Below, piece after piece: positions 31,050-41,736 of a DNA stretch of 64,000 nucleotides. Every line of letters begins with the position of its first letter. The first letter of the stretch is position 1. The DNA comes from Candidatus Bathyarchaeota archaeon (GTDB taxonomy: Archaea > Thermoproteota > Bathyarchaeia > 40CM-2-53-6). The DNA lies in the NCBI GenBank assembly GCA_963733055.1, contig CAVTBR010000003.1, forward strand, positions 256,001-320,000. Direction: 5' to 3'. The position numbers and the translations under genes were made by a program. The notes under the pieces are model-generated. The model searched no databases. It saw nothing but the letters and a program-made list of their open reading frames with translations, and had not been told where the DNA came from.

Positions 31050-31892
31050 TCACCTTTTTTGTGGTTTTTCCGATTTCTTACGTTTTTGGCTCACTGCCAC
31101 TGTGATGCTTAGGAGTATGATGACTACTGCGTCAATGGATAGTACGGTTAGGGTTTGTGTTTGTGATAGGCTTTGGGTCTGAACCGGAGCCACGTTGACC
31201 GTTAGCCCGGTGAAGTAGCCAACCCAATCGCCTGGATGAAGCCATGTGGTCCCGAGGATCAGGGTGAATGAGATGGATTGTGGCATCTTCCACCCTGCGG
31301 CCTCGAATTGAGTTGAGATGTCAATCTCCCTAGTTGACCAAGTGTTGAGGGGCGTTTGTGTTAGAATGATTCTGTGGTGGGGTAGCTGGAATACTTGGTT
31401 CGGTTGGTCTGCGAATATGTACCAAAGTAGGTTTGTTCCGTCATTTATTTCGACTCCAAACGCGGTTTCTGGATTGTTTGAGGCGTTGTTATACAAGTAT
31501 GGAAAGGTTGGATAGACGTCAATCGTAATTTTGGAACGAAAGATCTCTTCTAATGCTTGCCCTCGCAGATCCTGGCGTACGTGGACCGTGGTCCACACTT
31601 GAGAGTTGTTTGTGTTGGTTCGCTGAACCCTCAATGCGGTGGTTGGGCGATCTGCGACTTGGGTTTGGTAGACTGTGACGTTGTCTGTGGGTCCCTGGAT
31701 TAAGTCGATTGTCCATAGGTACGGGGTAAGAATATTCTTGGTCGGATCCACGGTCCAGAATTTCATGTTCGTGTTGAGGAGCGGGGGAGGCTGGAAAACT
31801 TGACCGTAGAAAACTATGAAAGCAGAGCTTACCGCGAGAATGCAGAAAGCGATGGCGGCGACACCCACTGCGAGCTTAAACTTTTCTGACAA
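31050..31892 (-). CDS. doubly membrane-anchored protein with extracellular beta-sandwich
   Basis: N- and C-terminal TM helices, beta-rich middle, basic tail. Confidence 0.7.
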   Translation of the reverse strand: MSEKFKLAVGVAAIAFCILAVSSAFIVFYGQVFQPPPLLNTNMKFWTVDPTKNILTPYLWTIDLIQGPTDNVTVYQTQVADRPTTALRVQRTNTNNSQVWTTVHVRQDLRGQALEEIFRSKITIDVYPTFPYLYNNASNNPETAFGVEINDGTNLLWYIFADQPNQVFQLPHHRIILTQTPLNTWSTREIDISTQFEAAGWKMPQSISFTLILGTTWLHPGDWVGYFTGLTVNVAPVQTQSLSQTQTLTVLSIDAVVIILLSITVAVSQKRKKSEKPQKR

Positions 31893-33127
31893 GAAAACTC
31901 CGCCTGTATAGCATCACAGCCGACATCACAAGTAACGGCGTCCAGAAGATGAAGTAGTTCTGTAAGCCGCAGGTACGAAAACCAAAGGATTATCGCAGGA
32001 AAGGCCCAGAGAGCAAACGCTAGGCGCTCAAAGAAAACGAGATATACGATAACCAGGGTGGCGGCCACAGCGAGAGTTGCAACTAGATAGAAGGCAGGTG
32101 GCAATGGGACGCCACTGGCGAGGGTGATCAAGGAGAGACCTTGACTAAGCACAACCAGATTACCGAACGCAGGGGTGACTACTCCCGAATACCACGCGCC
32201 AAAATCCTTGAACATGAACCACAGGTTAGGGATTAGAAAAGCCGCAAGCGCCGCCCCGGTGAACACGCCCACCCTCATCAAACGATTTTGCAATTTGAGG
32301 CCCGAATCGGTCTTGAAGAACCAGATTAGAAGGTACGGAGCCAACAACCAAGGCGTCTGTTTCACCGCGCTCGCCAGTCCGAACATGATTCCCGCCACGA
32401 GCGGCCGATCCATGTAAACCACCATGAGAACTAACGGGAGTATCCAGATGAAATCGGCGATGGAGCCTGCTGAGAAATTGATTGCTAAGTCGGATCCTGC
32501 GAAGAGAGGGATTAAGGTCAGCGGCCTAATCTCCTTTGGAGCCCAAACGTAAATGATCACCAGCGTTACGATCTCGAAAATGTAGATTATGATTCTCGCA
32601 TCGCGTACCCCCGCCCAAACCGCCGGGACGAAGGCGATGACCTGAAGCGCGGGATAGTTCAGCGTACTTACGAGATTCCCATTTGGCGTAAGGGTGATGA
32701 ATTCGGGGCTTACGGAAAACATGCTCAGCGCTGACTGCAGGTCTTGCGGATACGGGTTAATCCCTTTGGATAGCAAAATCGCCGAATAGTGGACAAACGC
32801 AAGAGCGTCCGTCTGATATGCACCCGGATGCTCGATCTGCGTTACTACGTACCAACTCGCAAGGGTCGCAAAGATAAGTGACCCAAATGCGGCGTCCCTG
32901 AATCTCCTGATGCCTTTTATGTTTACGGTGGCGAGCAGGAAGAGAACGAAGGCGAGCGCGTAGCTAACGATTAGTAGCAGCACAACCTCCGGATGCGTCT
33001 CGACCCTACCCCGAATCCAATTTTGCAGCCCTTCAGCGAAAATGAAGCCGGCAGCAAACAGCATGCTAACTCTTACGCAGAACTGTTCCAGCGCATCGGC
33101 ACTGAGTCTGGACGCGGGATTAATCAT
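31876..33127 (-). CDS. GT-C fold (GT87-like) membrane glycosyltransferase (+1 frameshift at 31971)
   Basis: YQTD, GINPY, LNYP, KQTPW, PNL; corrected end WFSYRGLQNYFIFWTPLL...RKV*. Confidence 0.78.
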
Positions 33128-35321
33128 GGGTCTTCCTCTTGCGGATAAGGATGGCAACCGTGAGTGCGAGGCAGACAGTGAAGCTGGTAAGTGAAGCTAT
33201 GCTCCATTGGTTACCGCTTGTTCTTTGGTATAAGGTCACTTGCGTAGTGTCCGGGGGAATTGTTAGCAGAATGTATCCCGTGACGCTGTCTCTCCCCACA
33301 ACGAGCGGCGATCCATTCGCGGTACCAACCCATGTGGGGAAATACGCCTCCTTCACGATTATCGTTGACGTGCCCGGAGTCGGTTGGAAGTTCATTATGA
33401 TTTCATCTGGGTTGGGGCTTGTTACACTAGTTAGGTTAACGTTGGATGAGTTCGTCTCTATGAATGATGGGACGGTTGTCGATTTGTATACTACGAGGTT
33501 GATGTTTCCGTAGGGAACGATGAGTTGTTCAGTAAAGTTGGTGCTTTGCATGAGTTCACCCGCTAGAGTTCCATTGTCCCCGATCATAATCCACGTTACG
33601 TCAAGAAGTTCTGAATATGAAACAAGTTTTTGCCATTCGCTTAACCGTGCTGTTTGGTTGGGTGCGGTCTCTAGGTCGTCCAGGCGATAGTCATTGAAGG
33701 CCGCTAGTTGCTTAACGAGTATGGTTTGGGGATACCAGCCGTCGATAATCGTTTTGTTGACGTAGGATGGGAGTACGTAGATCCAGAAGGGTACGTTGAT
33801 TCCGAGGATTCTTCCTTGTGAAGCGTCATTGCGGAAGTAGTTGATTACCTCTGGAGGAATTTCAGCGTTGGAGGTTGAATAGGGGAGGACTCCGTTGACC
33901 GTATTGTTTAGGTCGTAATTGATTTTCATGGCTACGCTTACGGTGATCGAAATTATGGCAAGAGAGACGAACATGATGACTAAGACTGGACGTCGGGCAA
34001 AGATCTTCGAAACCGAACGGAGTATACCTCGCGCGGTAAGCGCACTCATGGGCAACGCCAAGTACAGCCAGATTCTGTAAACGTCCATTGTCTTCGTCCA
34101 TATCGTATCTATGAGAGGCAATTGAAGTACGGGTAGAGCGTAGTAACCTAATCCCAGCCATAGAAATAGTATGAACCAGAAAACCGCGAAGATTACCCCG
34201 TTCTTTCTTGAAATTACCCGCCGGGCGTACTGAATGATTATGAACTGTCCTAGAAAGATAACGAATGAGGCGGCCACAATAATCTCGCCCAAAACTTCGA
34301 TGGTTCCGAAAGTGAGTATTTCACCGGCTTGAAAGACTGCCATTCCCGCTAGAAGCGAGGTGAAAAATACGGCTGGGCTCACTGGGATCCGTTTGGCGAA
34401 GTTGCGGCCGATAATTGATTGTACGGCGACTGCTGCCAGGACGAATTGAACGATACCCAAGAGATATGATGATACGTCGTATCCGAAATACGTGAACCTC
34501 AGGAACGGGAACGTGACGTTCCTGTTGAAGAATTGGTTCGATGAGAAGAGGCCGAAGGAGGTTATGAATGGGACGAGCCAGAACGAGGTTATGCCCAAAG
34601 TGCCACCGGCGACGAGGCCGAGTTTTAGCAGGGGCCGAGATGGCCCGTCCTTTGCGGAGGCAAGCAAAACCATGAGTAAGGCGACGAGTCCTGCGATCAG
34701 GGCGGATAGGTGATGCGTTAGTAGTAGGGCGGACATGGCAAGCGTGGAGAATAGGATATTGGTCTTGGAGTCTTTTTGCGCGAGCGCGCGGTGGAATGTT
34801 ATGAAGAAGATACAGGAGAGGGGTATGGCTAGGACTGTTGGGAACCTGTCGAAGAAAATGTAATTTTCTATGACCTCGGGGAACAGGCTGAAGAGCAACG
34901 CGCCGAGCGCTGATTCGCCTTTGTTAAAGCCTAGCTCCTTTGCGAGGAAGTAAACTGCCAGAGGTGTCAGTGAGTAGAATAGTGCGTCGACGAGTTTGTA
35001 GGCGAGTAACGGGTCCAGACCTAGCACTGCAAGCCCCGCGGTTATGTAGTAACTTAGCGGCGGGTAGAGCAAGAGGGCCGGTGAGCCGGCGTACCAGTCT
35101 GTGCTCCAAAACGGGGTTATGCCTTGCTTCCACCAGTACTGTAGGAAGAGAATTTTGTAGAGGTGGCTTGTCGTATCCACACTCAGCGGAATCCCGGGCA
35201 GAAACCGTGGAATGGTTATCGCCGCAGAGATCACAGTGGCCCCGGCGAGGAGAAGCCTGGAATTAGTGTTAAGCGCGGTGTTGATTGATCGCGAAGGTTG
35301 GCCGGGTGGTTTCGTTGGCAA
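33120..35321 (-). CDS. large GT-C membrane protein (PTPS-related/YfhO-like)
   Basis: D...HLYK, W...WYAGSP..LYPPLSY, FW..P, DGWYPQ, KEAYFPTW. Confidence 0.78.
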   Translation of the reverse strand: MPTKPPGQPSRSINTALNTNSRLLLAGATVISAAITIPRFLPGIPLSVDTTSHLYKILFLQYWWKQGITPFWSTDWYAGSPALLLYPPLSYYITAGLAVLGLDPLLAYKLVDALFYSLTPLAVYFLAKELGFNKGESALGALLFSLFPEVIENYIFFDRFPTVLAIPLSCIFFITFHRALAQKDSKTNILFSTLAMSALLLTHHLSALIAGLVALLMVLLASAKDGPSRPLLKLGLVAGGTLGITSFWLVPFITSFGLFSSNQFFNRNVTFPFLRFTYFGYDVSSYLLGIVQFVLAAVAVQSIIGRNFAKRIPVSPAVFFTSLLAGMAVFQAGEILTFGTIEVLGEIIVAASFVIFLGQFIIIQYARRVISRKNGVIFAVFWFILFLWLGLGYYALPVLQLPLIDTIWTKTMDVYRIWLYLALPMSALTARGILRSVSKIFARRPVLVIMFVSLAIISITVSVAMKINYDLNNTVNGVLPYSTSNAEIPPEVINYFRNDASQGRILGINVPFWIYVLPSYVNKTIIDGWYPQTILVKQLAAFNDYRLDDLETAPNQTARLSEWQKLVSYSELLDVTWIMIGDNGTLAGELMQSTNFTEQLIVPYGNINLVVYKSTTVPSFIETNSSNVNLTSVTSPNPDEIIMNFQPTPGTSTIIVKEAYFPTWVGTANGSPLVVGRDSVTGYILLTIPPDTTQVTLYQRTSGNQWSIASLTSFTVCLALTVAILIRKRKTHD

Positions 35322-35322
35322 G

Positions 35323-36075
35323 TTAGAGCCCGGCGGAATCGTCTCTGAGCTCGGTTTTGGTTTGGCGTCGGAGTGGTATGGGGTTGAGGATTATGATTGC
35401 CGCTACTCCGCCTATGATGAGGGCGAGCACGAGGATGGTGTCAATTCTTTCGGTTGTGAAGAAGAGCCTGGGTGGCATTGACCGTATGTTGTATTGAGTA
35501 AATGTGTGACCTGTTTCGGAGTCTTGCCAGATGAGGACGCCGGTTTCTTTGTTTATGAATTGGAATGTTGTCGTTCCGGCACCCGCTAGCATTAGGTATA
35601 GATATACGTTGGGCAGGCCCATCTCGATGCTAAGGACTACGTCCACATACATCTTCGTGTGCCGGAAGTCGTTGTTGCCTTTGAAAAAGCCTACAATGTC
35701 TCCGGTCTTTGTGACGGTTGAATTGTAAAGCACGTCAACGAATGTGAGGCCGAAGCCTGCGTCGATTCTGTCGTCGCTATCATTGCCCGATAACCAACCG
35801 TGGCCGAGGAATTCGAGCACTCGTAATCCGTTGTTGTTCGTTCCGTATATGTCGTTGAACATTATCCTTGCCCAGTCGGCCGTTGAATCCATTATGATCC
35901 TGATCTCGGGGCTCTTCTGCCAGCCGGTGACCTGTACGTCAGATCTAGGGTTACTGTTCAACATCCGAACGACAAGGACTGTTGAACCTAAAACGACCAA
36001 GATGAGCAGCGAGACGAGTGAGATACCTTTCAGAATAGCCGTTTCATGTTTCCTGACGACTGCAACTCGAGGCAA
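35323..36075 (-). CDS. doubly membrane-anchored hypothetical protein
   Basis: N- and C-terminal TM helices, extracellular beta domain; tightly packed in the operon. Confidence 0.7.
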   Translation of the reverse strand: MPRVAVVRKHETAILKGISLVSLLILVVLGSTVLVVRMLNSNPRSDVQVTGWQKSPEIRIIMDSTADWARIMFNDIYGTNNNGLRVLEFLGHGWLSGNDSDDRIDAGFGLTFVDVLYNSTVTKTGDIVGFFKGNNDFRHTKMYVDVVLSIEMGLPNVYLYLMLAGAGTTTFQFINKETGVLIWQDSETGHTFTQYNIRSMPPRLFFTTERIDTILVLALIIGGVAAIIILNPIPLRRQTKTELRDDSAGL

Positions 36076-36139
36076 CGGACTCCTGCTTCCTCATCCCCAA
36101 GGGGACACCATTGACTTAACCTAGCTTCCGGGTAGGTCG

Positions 36140-36943
36140 TTAGCGAGTATTGGCCTGGAAGACTTTATCTTTCGGGTAGACTTCGATGCCAGTTTGACCA
36201 ATTTGGTATGGTCGTAGTTGGTCGTCGTGGCTGATCCCACGCATCTTCTCCACCTGAATCCCCCTGACGACGTTCCCATCGTGGACCATGGTGTGTAGTA
36301 GGACGACGCCTTGTGACAAATATTCTTCGATTTGAAATTGGCGTTCAAGCTCTGCGGTGCGTAGCTCACTGGTTACGATGCAGGAACAACCCGTTGATTC
36401 AAGGGCGTCGAAGAATAAGAGTAGGGCACGTCGCCTTTTGATTTCTTCAGGATAGCGAAGCATTAGTGACGTTATGGGGTCAACTACGATCCTCTGTGTT
36501 CCTTCCTCGGCAGCTATCCTGCGAATCGTTCGAACTAGCGATGGGAGGGTAAGTTCTGGCATGGTCAAAGTCACGGGATTGTCGCTGCCAATGTTGGGTT
36601 CCACGAACCTTTGACCCGGCCGTTTCAGGGGTGTCGCGTCTACAAATGTGAGCTTTCCCGCCTGTTCAAGAGAATCCAGGTCCCATCCGAATGATGTAAG
36701 ATCTACTTTCACGTGTTCGGGTTTCTCGTCGAGTGAGACATAGAGTCCGGTCTCGCCGGCTTTCGCGCCGCCAACGAGAAACTGTACCGCGAACGTGGTC
36801 TTTCCGGAGCCTGGGCTTCCAACGACAAGGATCGTTCTGCTCTTGGGCAGGCCGCCCCTCAATACTTCGTCTAAGCCCTTGATGCCAGTTGAAACCCGGT
36901 CCAACTCATTATCACTTAACTTGAGGAGAGTAGGGAATCTCAT
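36140..36943 (-). CDS. single-domain KaiC/RAD55-like ATPase
   Basis: STGIKGLD, GSPGSGKT, SLDE, RIVVDP, IEEY, EKMRG. Confidence 0.92.
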   Translation of the reverse strand: MRFPTLLKLSDNELDRVSTGIKGLDEVLRGGLPKSRTILVVGSPGSGKTTFAVQFLVGGAKAGETGLYVSLDEKPEHVKVDLTSFGWDLDSLEQAGKLTFVDATPLKRPGQRFVEPNIGSDNPVTLTMPELTLPSLVRTIRRIAAEEGTQRIVVDPITSLMLRYPEEIKRRRALLLFFDALESTGCSCIVTSELRTAELERQFQIEEYLSQGVVLLHTMVHDGNVVRGIQVEKMRGISHDDQLRPYQIGQTGIEVYPKDKVFQANTR

Positions 36944-37058
36944 TATTTACCTCAGTGGTCGGATACCCGATTATCTACCACTGTAATCGTAGTAGGACGT
37001 CGCTGAATTGCAACCAGTTATTCTAGAAAATGGTTTAGAGAGTCTTCTTTTGGTTTTT

Positions 37059-37096
37059 GAAAAAGAGAAACAGGGTACGGGCGCCTTGCGGCGCTC
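37059..37096 (-). terminator. hairpin plus U-tract after the giant surface-protein gene
   Basis: gcgcc-GCAA-ggcgc followed by tttctcttttt on the minus strand. Confidence 0.5.
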
Positions 37097-37102
37097 GGAC
37101 GC

Positions 37103-40100
37103 TTAAACGCGTCTTCGTTTGAGTAGGTATAGTGATGCTGCTAACGCCGAGAATGCGACAACCGCGACTGCACTGAATTCTGGGACAGGGATGTTGCTCT
37201 GCTCCAGGTACACGTTCTGACCCGATCCGGTTTGGCCTGGTGAGACCGCGACGGACCAAGTTTGAGGCGCGTATCCTGGTTGGCTTATGCTAAACTTGTA
37301 GGTGCCTGGGGGTAGGAAGGCTTGGTAAACGCCGTCATAGGTGTAGAAGTTCCACGTAGCTCCACTAGCGCCAGTCACGCTGACTGTGCCCCAGCTGAGA
37401 GTGCGGAACTCGTTACTCCACGTGAAAGCGAGTACGTTGCCCGAAACGAACCCGTTCAGGTCAACTTCAAAGATAGCACTAGCTTCTCCACTGTTGTGTG
37501 TTCCTGCGATTTGCCAAACTCCTTCTTGCGAGTACGGGCCTAAGTGGTTCGCGGCCATCGAGTGGCCGACGAAGTTGCTGTTCAATGCCATGTCTTCCGT
37601 CAGGCTGATGCCTGAGGTTGCGGTCGTGCCTGGGATGATGTGATACGATTCACCCATCAGCAGACCGTTGACTGGCGGATAGTACTGCGCGAATAAGCCT
37701 GGTGTAGTTGCTACTTGTAGACCGCCGCTTGCAGCTTCTTGGAAGCCTGCGTTGGCGGAGTACCATGGGACGAAGTCGGCTTCAGCTGTCCATCCACCCG
37801 TGTAGTCTGGTGCACCCACTATGCCCGAGTTCGGGAATGGGTACATAGCGTACGCGGCTGGGTAGCAGTCGAGCTCGAAATCGCATGCGCCACCCTGTAG
37901 CGGGTCACCAAAGTAGACACCCGTAATGTCGCTTCCGAACGGTACCTGCTGCGGCAAACCTGCCAACAACACGTTGAGCAGAGTTGTACCGGAGGGTACG
38001 TAGTTGTAACCGTTCAATCCGGAGCGTGGTTGGTCGTATGGTGATCCACCCTGGGTGCTGAATGGGTAGTACGGTGCAGTTGGGTTAGCGAATCCATTGC
38101 CGTTCGGCGAAAGGACGCCGTTGGCCGCAGTAGCGTGGCCGCTATAGACACCGCCTGGGTTACCAAACGGTGCTGTATAGCCTGAGCCTGGATAGGTGCC
38201 CTCACTGGACATCCATTCAGCCACTAACTGGCCTTGGTCATTGAATAAGCGAACCCGCGCAGACATGTTCTGACTTGTCGGAGTGATGATGCTCTCTTTC
38301 TTGAATAAGATTTGGAGAGAAACGTTCACACCGATGATCAAGTTGATCTTCATGTCCGCAACCTGCCCGCACGCCGCATAGGCTGTGAAGTCTTTGTCCT
38401 GGACGTAGCCGTACGTATAGGCTGCGAGGTTGTATTGACCAGGGGCAAAGGCGAGCGGCCATACAGTGTACAGGCTGTTAAACATGCTATTCTTCAGGAG
38501 CTTGTTAGCTCTGAGGAAGCCGAACGAGCCTGACGTGTAGCCGCCCACGAAAGCATAGCGGGCTGATTGGCCGTAGTAGACATCATGCGAGTTACTGAAT
38601 CCCAATAGTACGTTGCGTCCACCACCGTCCATCTCAGCACAGTTCAACGAATAGCCCTGGGATGGGTTGAAGCAGTCGGTTCCGCCCGGTCCCTGGAAGA
38701 GACCGCCGAGGAGACCGCCTTCAGTATTACCCGGAACTTCGTTGAATGGTACGCTGAGTGGTAGGTAGCTTGGTTCTGGGCCGAAGTAGTCGGTTAGGGC
38801 TCCGGCTGTGCCGTTAGTTACTTTGTAGAATCCGACATCAATCTCAGATCCTAAGCAGCCGCCTAGAGCTAGGAAACCGTTTTGGCATCCGGACCAGACC
38901 CAGTTCCTACTGACGCGTGGTCGTTCCCAGTCGATGCTGTACACTGATACGTTGAAGCCTGGGCCTAGGAATAGGTGGTCACTGATAGCGGTTGGATTAC
39001 CGCTTAAGGTGACTGATACCTGTTGCAATGGAGCGACCGCACATGGAGCAGAATCATAGTAGCCGTTTGCGGCTACGTTCACTGTGTACGTACCCGAGGG
39101 GATGCCGTAATTGTCACCACCCCAAGTATCGTTGATGCCCCAGTACTGAATCGCCGCACGACCGGAAGCAATGGAGTTTGCGTTCAAACCAGCTTTGTCC
39201 AACGCGCCGCCAACATATGGCGTGCCCGCGCAGGACACGCTTGGAGCTCCGTTCTCACCGGACCCGTTGGGTCCGTTGAACGTGTTTCCGTTGGCGCCGA
39301 ATAGGAATCCGTCGTACGCGTATTGATCGTACGAGTTGCATCCGTTAGTGTAGTAGTAGTAGCTTATTCCGCCAGCACCAGTGTAGCCGAGGGCTGTTAC
39401 GTTGTATGAGTAGATGTTTCCATCAGCTCCTTGCAAGTATCCCCAGAGGAATCCTGCGACGGAGTGGATTGGGCTTGTTACGATGGTGTTCGGTGTGTCG
39501 TGGAAGTAGACGGTCTTGTTCACCCAGCTGCTCAAGCGAATGTCGATTGGTAATGTTACGTCTCCTGCCCACTCGTTGGGTGTTACGTCAAAGTAGTACT
39601 CCTGGAAGGTAGAACCGTCCAGAGCAGTTTGAACATAACGGAAGGTCCAGACACGTACATAGTACCTGCCTGCTGTGAGGCCGTTGATCCAAGTAGCGTA
39701 AACCTGCGGAACTTCTCCCGACAAGTCTCTTGGAGCACCGTACTCACCCTTCAAACCCATCTCAAAGTGGAACGGAGTAGCAGTACCACCAGCAACGAAC
39801 CATTGCTGCGGTGGACCAACACCTTGCGGGTCGGAAGCCAGCAGGGTGTTTCCTGCTTGGCTGCTAATGGCTACATCACGCGAGTAACCATTAATCGCAC
39901 CCGTGAAGGGGTTGGGGTTGTCACCGTAAGCAGCGCCGTTGACTGTGCTGTACTCATGCCATGGAAACGCAATTGCGCTTCCATCGTGTGGGTCACCGCA
40001 CAAATCAGCCGCGCGTCGGCCGTAGTAGTCCTCTTGGCCTCCCGCTACACAAGGTAGTGGAGTCCAGACGACTGGCGCACCGGCGCTCGGGTCAACTTGG

Positions 40101-41473
40101 TTGCTGAGTGTTGCGTTACTGTATAGCTCAATCTTGATGTATTGACCACCGTCTGGCCCGTTTGGCCATGGTTGGTCACCGAACTGGTGTTTCGTGAACA
40201 CGTTACCGTGAACCACGGGTCCTGGTTGCAGGAAACAGTCAAAGTGAAGTGACTGACCTTTGAGGACAGTTACTCCGCTATTGCACAGTACCTGCGGGTA
40301 GCCTGCGGCTTCAGCGTAGATGTCGTAAACGCCCGGTGCGAGGCCTTCTAGTTCATAGTGGCCGTTCGCCGTAGCGTTCACGAAAGCTTGGCTGTCGATC
40401 GTGCCTAGGTCCGGTCGGTTCTGACCCGTGTAGGGGTCGATGCGCATAGTCATGTGCGCCCAAACCTTGCCAGCCTCAGCGATCGGTAGTTGGTATAGGG
40501 TTGAGTTGTAGCCCGCATACCGGAGAGTTCCGGTTATGATGGCTGGATCAGTCTCACCCTTCACCAACACGACTGGCCAGTTCTGAGGTGGAACCCAAAC
40601 GAATGGGTTCTCATTGCTCGCTCCGTGGCCGGCCAGTGTTGGGCCAACGCCGTAGACGTTGCTGCTGCTGTATAGAGCCATTTTGAAGAAGTATCGTCCC
40701 GCGACGGACGGTGCGGTTACGCCGTTGATTCTGGCGTAGTACCATTCGCCTGCGGATGTGAAGTTGATGTATTGGTGGTTGTAGTATATGCTACCTCCGC
40801 TGTTAGCGTCGATGGTAGCATCTACTGTTATCGCAACCATAGTCCAGCCTGGCGCATATCTGTCGTTCGGGCCAAGCTTCGCAACAAGGTACCGGTCGTA
40901 ACTGTTGGTTAACGTCGAGACGATTTGTGAAGAATCGAGTGACGTTGCACCTGGTACGTTGAATTCGGGTGGGATAAGGATGAACCATGTATCCCAACCG
41001 AAAGTCTTCTTCAAAGGTGTCTGAATTTCACAGACTGTTGCGCTACCAGATATACATGCATGGTTCGCATTCGGCGACCAAGTGTCTGGTGTGCCCGTTG
41101 CGTTCATTGCGAAGATCAGGTCACCGGTCGAGTTCGTTAGTACTGCTCCGAATGGGGCATACGTGTCCGATTGAAGCTGATACCAACTGTTGCTCGGTGC
41201 ACCCGGAGGATTACCCTGCGGGTAAGGTGACTGATAACCTGGTGAGCAGCTTGCGCTCACTGTGTTCGGCATACCCTGATACGCACATTGACCGCTACCA
41301 GGCCAAACATAACCAATAGGCCCAGCAACATGCGGGTCAAAATTATGAATGTCGTATGGGGACGTTCCGGACAGGTTGCCTAACGTGAAGTGCGCTTGTG
41401 TTGGAACAATAATTGCGAATGTACTAATTAGGAATATAGCGATTGTTAGCGTTGCAGCTAATTTTTTCTGCAA
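37103..41473 (-). CDS. giant PEF-CTERM cell-surface (probable S-layer) protein
   Basis: Signal peptide, carboxypeptidase-regulatory-like domains (GLAPGVYDIYAEAAGY, LPPGTYKFSISQPGY), many N-x-S/T sequons, C-terminal VPEF-TM-KRRRV; SD AAGGAG. Confidence 0.85.
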   Translation of the reverse strand: MQKKLAATLTIAIFLISTFAIIVPTQAHFTLGNLSGTSPYDIHNFDPHVAGPIGYVWPGSGQCAYQGMPNTVSASCSPGYQSPYPQGNPPGAPSNSWYQLQSDTYAPFGAVLTNSTGDLIFAMNATGTPDTWSPNANHACISGSATVCEIQTPLKKTFGWDTWFILIPPEFNVPGATSLDSSQIVSTLTNSYDRYLVAKLGPNDRYAPGWTMVAITVDATIDANSGGSIYYNHQYINFTSAGEWYYARINGVTAPSVAGRYFFKMALYSSSNVYGVGPTLAGHGASNENPFVWVPPQNWPVVLVKGETDPAIITGTLRYAGYNSTLYQLPIAEAGKVWAHMTMRIDPYTGQNRPDLGTIDSQAFVNATANGHYELEGLAPGVYDIYAEAAGYPQVLCNSGVTVLKGQSLHFDCFLQPGPVVHGNVFTKHQFGDQPWPNGPDGGQYIKIELYSNATLSNQVDPSAGAPVVWTPLPCVAGGQEDYYGRRAADLCGDPHDGSAIAFPWHEYSTVNGAAYGDNPNPFTGAINGYSRDVAISSQAGNTLLASDPQGVGPPQQWFVAGGTATPFHFEMGLKGEYGAPRDLSGEVPQVYATWINGLTAGRYYVRVWTFRYVQTALDGSTFQEYYFDVTPNEWAGDVTLPIDIRLSSWVNKTVYFHDTPNTIVTSPIHSVAGFLWGYLQGADGNIYSYNVTALGYTGAGGISYYYYTNGCNSYDQYAYDGFLFGANGNTFNGPNGSGENGAPSVSCAGTPYVGGALDKAGLNANSIASGRAAIQYWGINDTWGGDNYGIPSGTYTVNVAANGYYDSAPCAVAPLQQVSVTLSGNPTAISDHLFLGPGFNVSVYSIDWERPRVSRNWVWSGCQNGFLALGGCLGSEIDVGFYKVTNGTAGALTDYFGPEPSYLPLSVPFNEVPGNTEGGLLGGLFQGPGGTDCFNPSQGYSLNCAEMDGGGRNVLLGFSNSHDVYYGQSARYAFVGGYTSGSFGFLRANKLLKNSMFNSLYTVWPLAFAPGQYNLAAYTYGYVQDKDFTAYAACGQVADMKINLIIGVNVSLQILFKKESIITPTSQNMSARVRLFNDQGQLVAEWMSSEGTYPGSGYTAPFGNPGGVYSGHATAANGVLSPNGNGFANPTAPYYPFSTQGGSPYDQPRSGLNGYNYVPSGTTLLNVLLAGLPQQVPFGSDITGVYFGDPLQGGACDFELDCYPAAYAMYPFPNSGIVGAPDYTGGWTAEADFVPWYSANAGFQEAASGGLQVATTPGLFAQYYPPVNGLLMGESYHIIPGTTATSGISLTEDMALNSNFVGHSMAANHLGPYSQEGVWQIAGTHNSGEASAIFEVDLNGFVSGNVLAFTWSNEFRTLSWGTVSVTGASGATWNFYTYDGVYQAFLPPGTYKFSISQPGYAPQTWSVAVSPGQTGSGQNVYLEQSNIPVPEFSAVAVVAFSALAASLYLLKRRRV

Positions 41474-41497
41474 ATTTTCATTTCTCCTTTAATTTGT

Positions 41498-41635
41498 TAT
41501 GCGCAAACGTTACGCATACGATTTCGGCAAACGGCTCTAAACGCATATAAGGGGCACAGTTGGAACCCGATACATTCACGGAAATGTGCATTTCCGGCAT
41601 GGAAATGGACGCAAATTTATTCAACCATGGAATTT
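41498..41635. promoter_or_regulatory. divergent promoter region with TATA box, leader hairpin and repeated GGAAAT boxes
   Basis: CTTATAT on minus at about 41545-41551; tatgcg..cgcata 41498-41518; cggaaatg-tg-catttccg 41579-41596; catggaa at 41598 and 41626. Confidence 0.5.
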
Positions 41636-41736
41636 TCAGCCTGAAAACCGCTCAAAACCTCGGATTACCTTCGCGTCAGATGAACCGTGGATAACCCTAA
41701 TTTGGCACGTCGGTATACCACGCACAGGCCAACCAG

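Noticed and set aside
37322-41319. Many antisense and alternate-frame ORFs inside the giant gene (and similarly in other long genes)
   Set aside because: Shadows of biased codon usage; no independent signals
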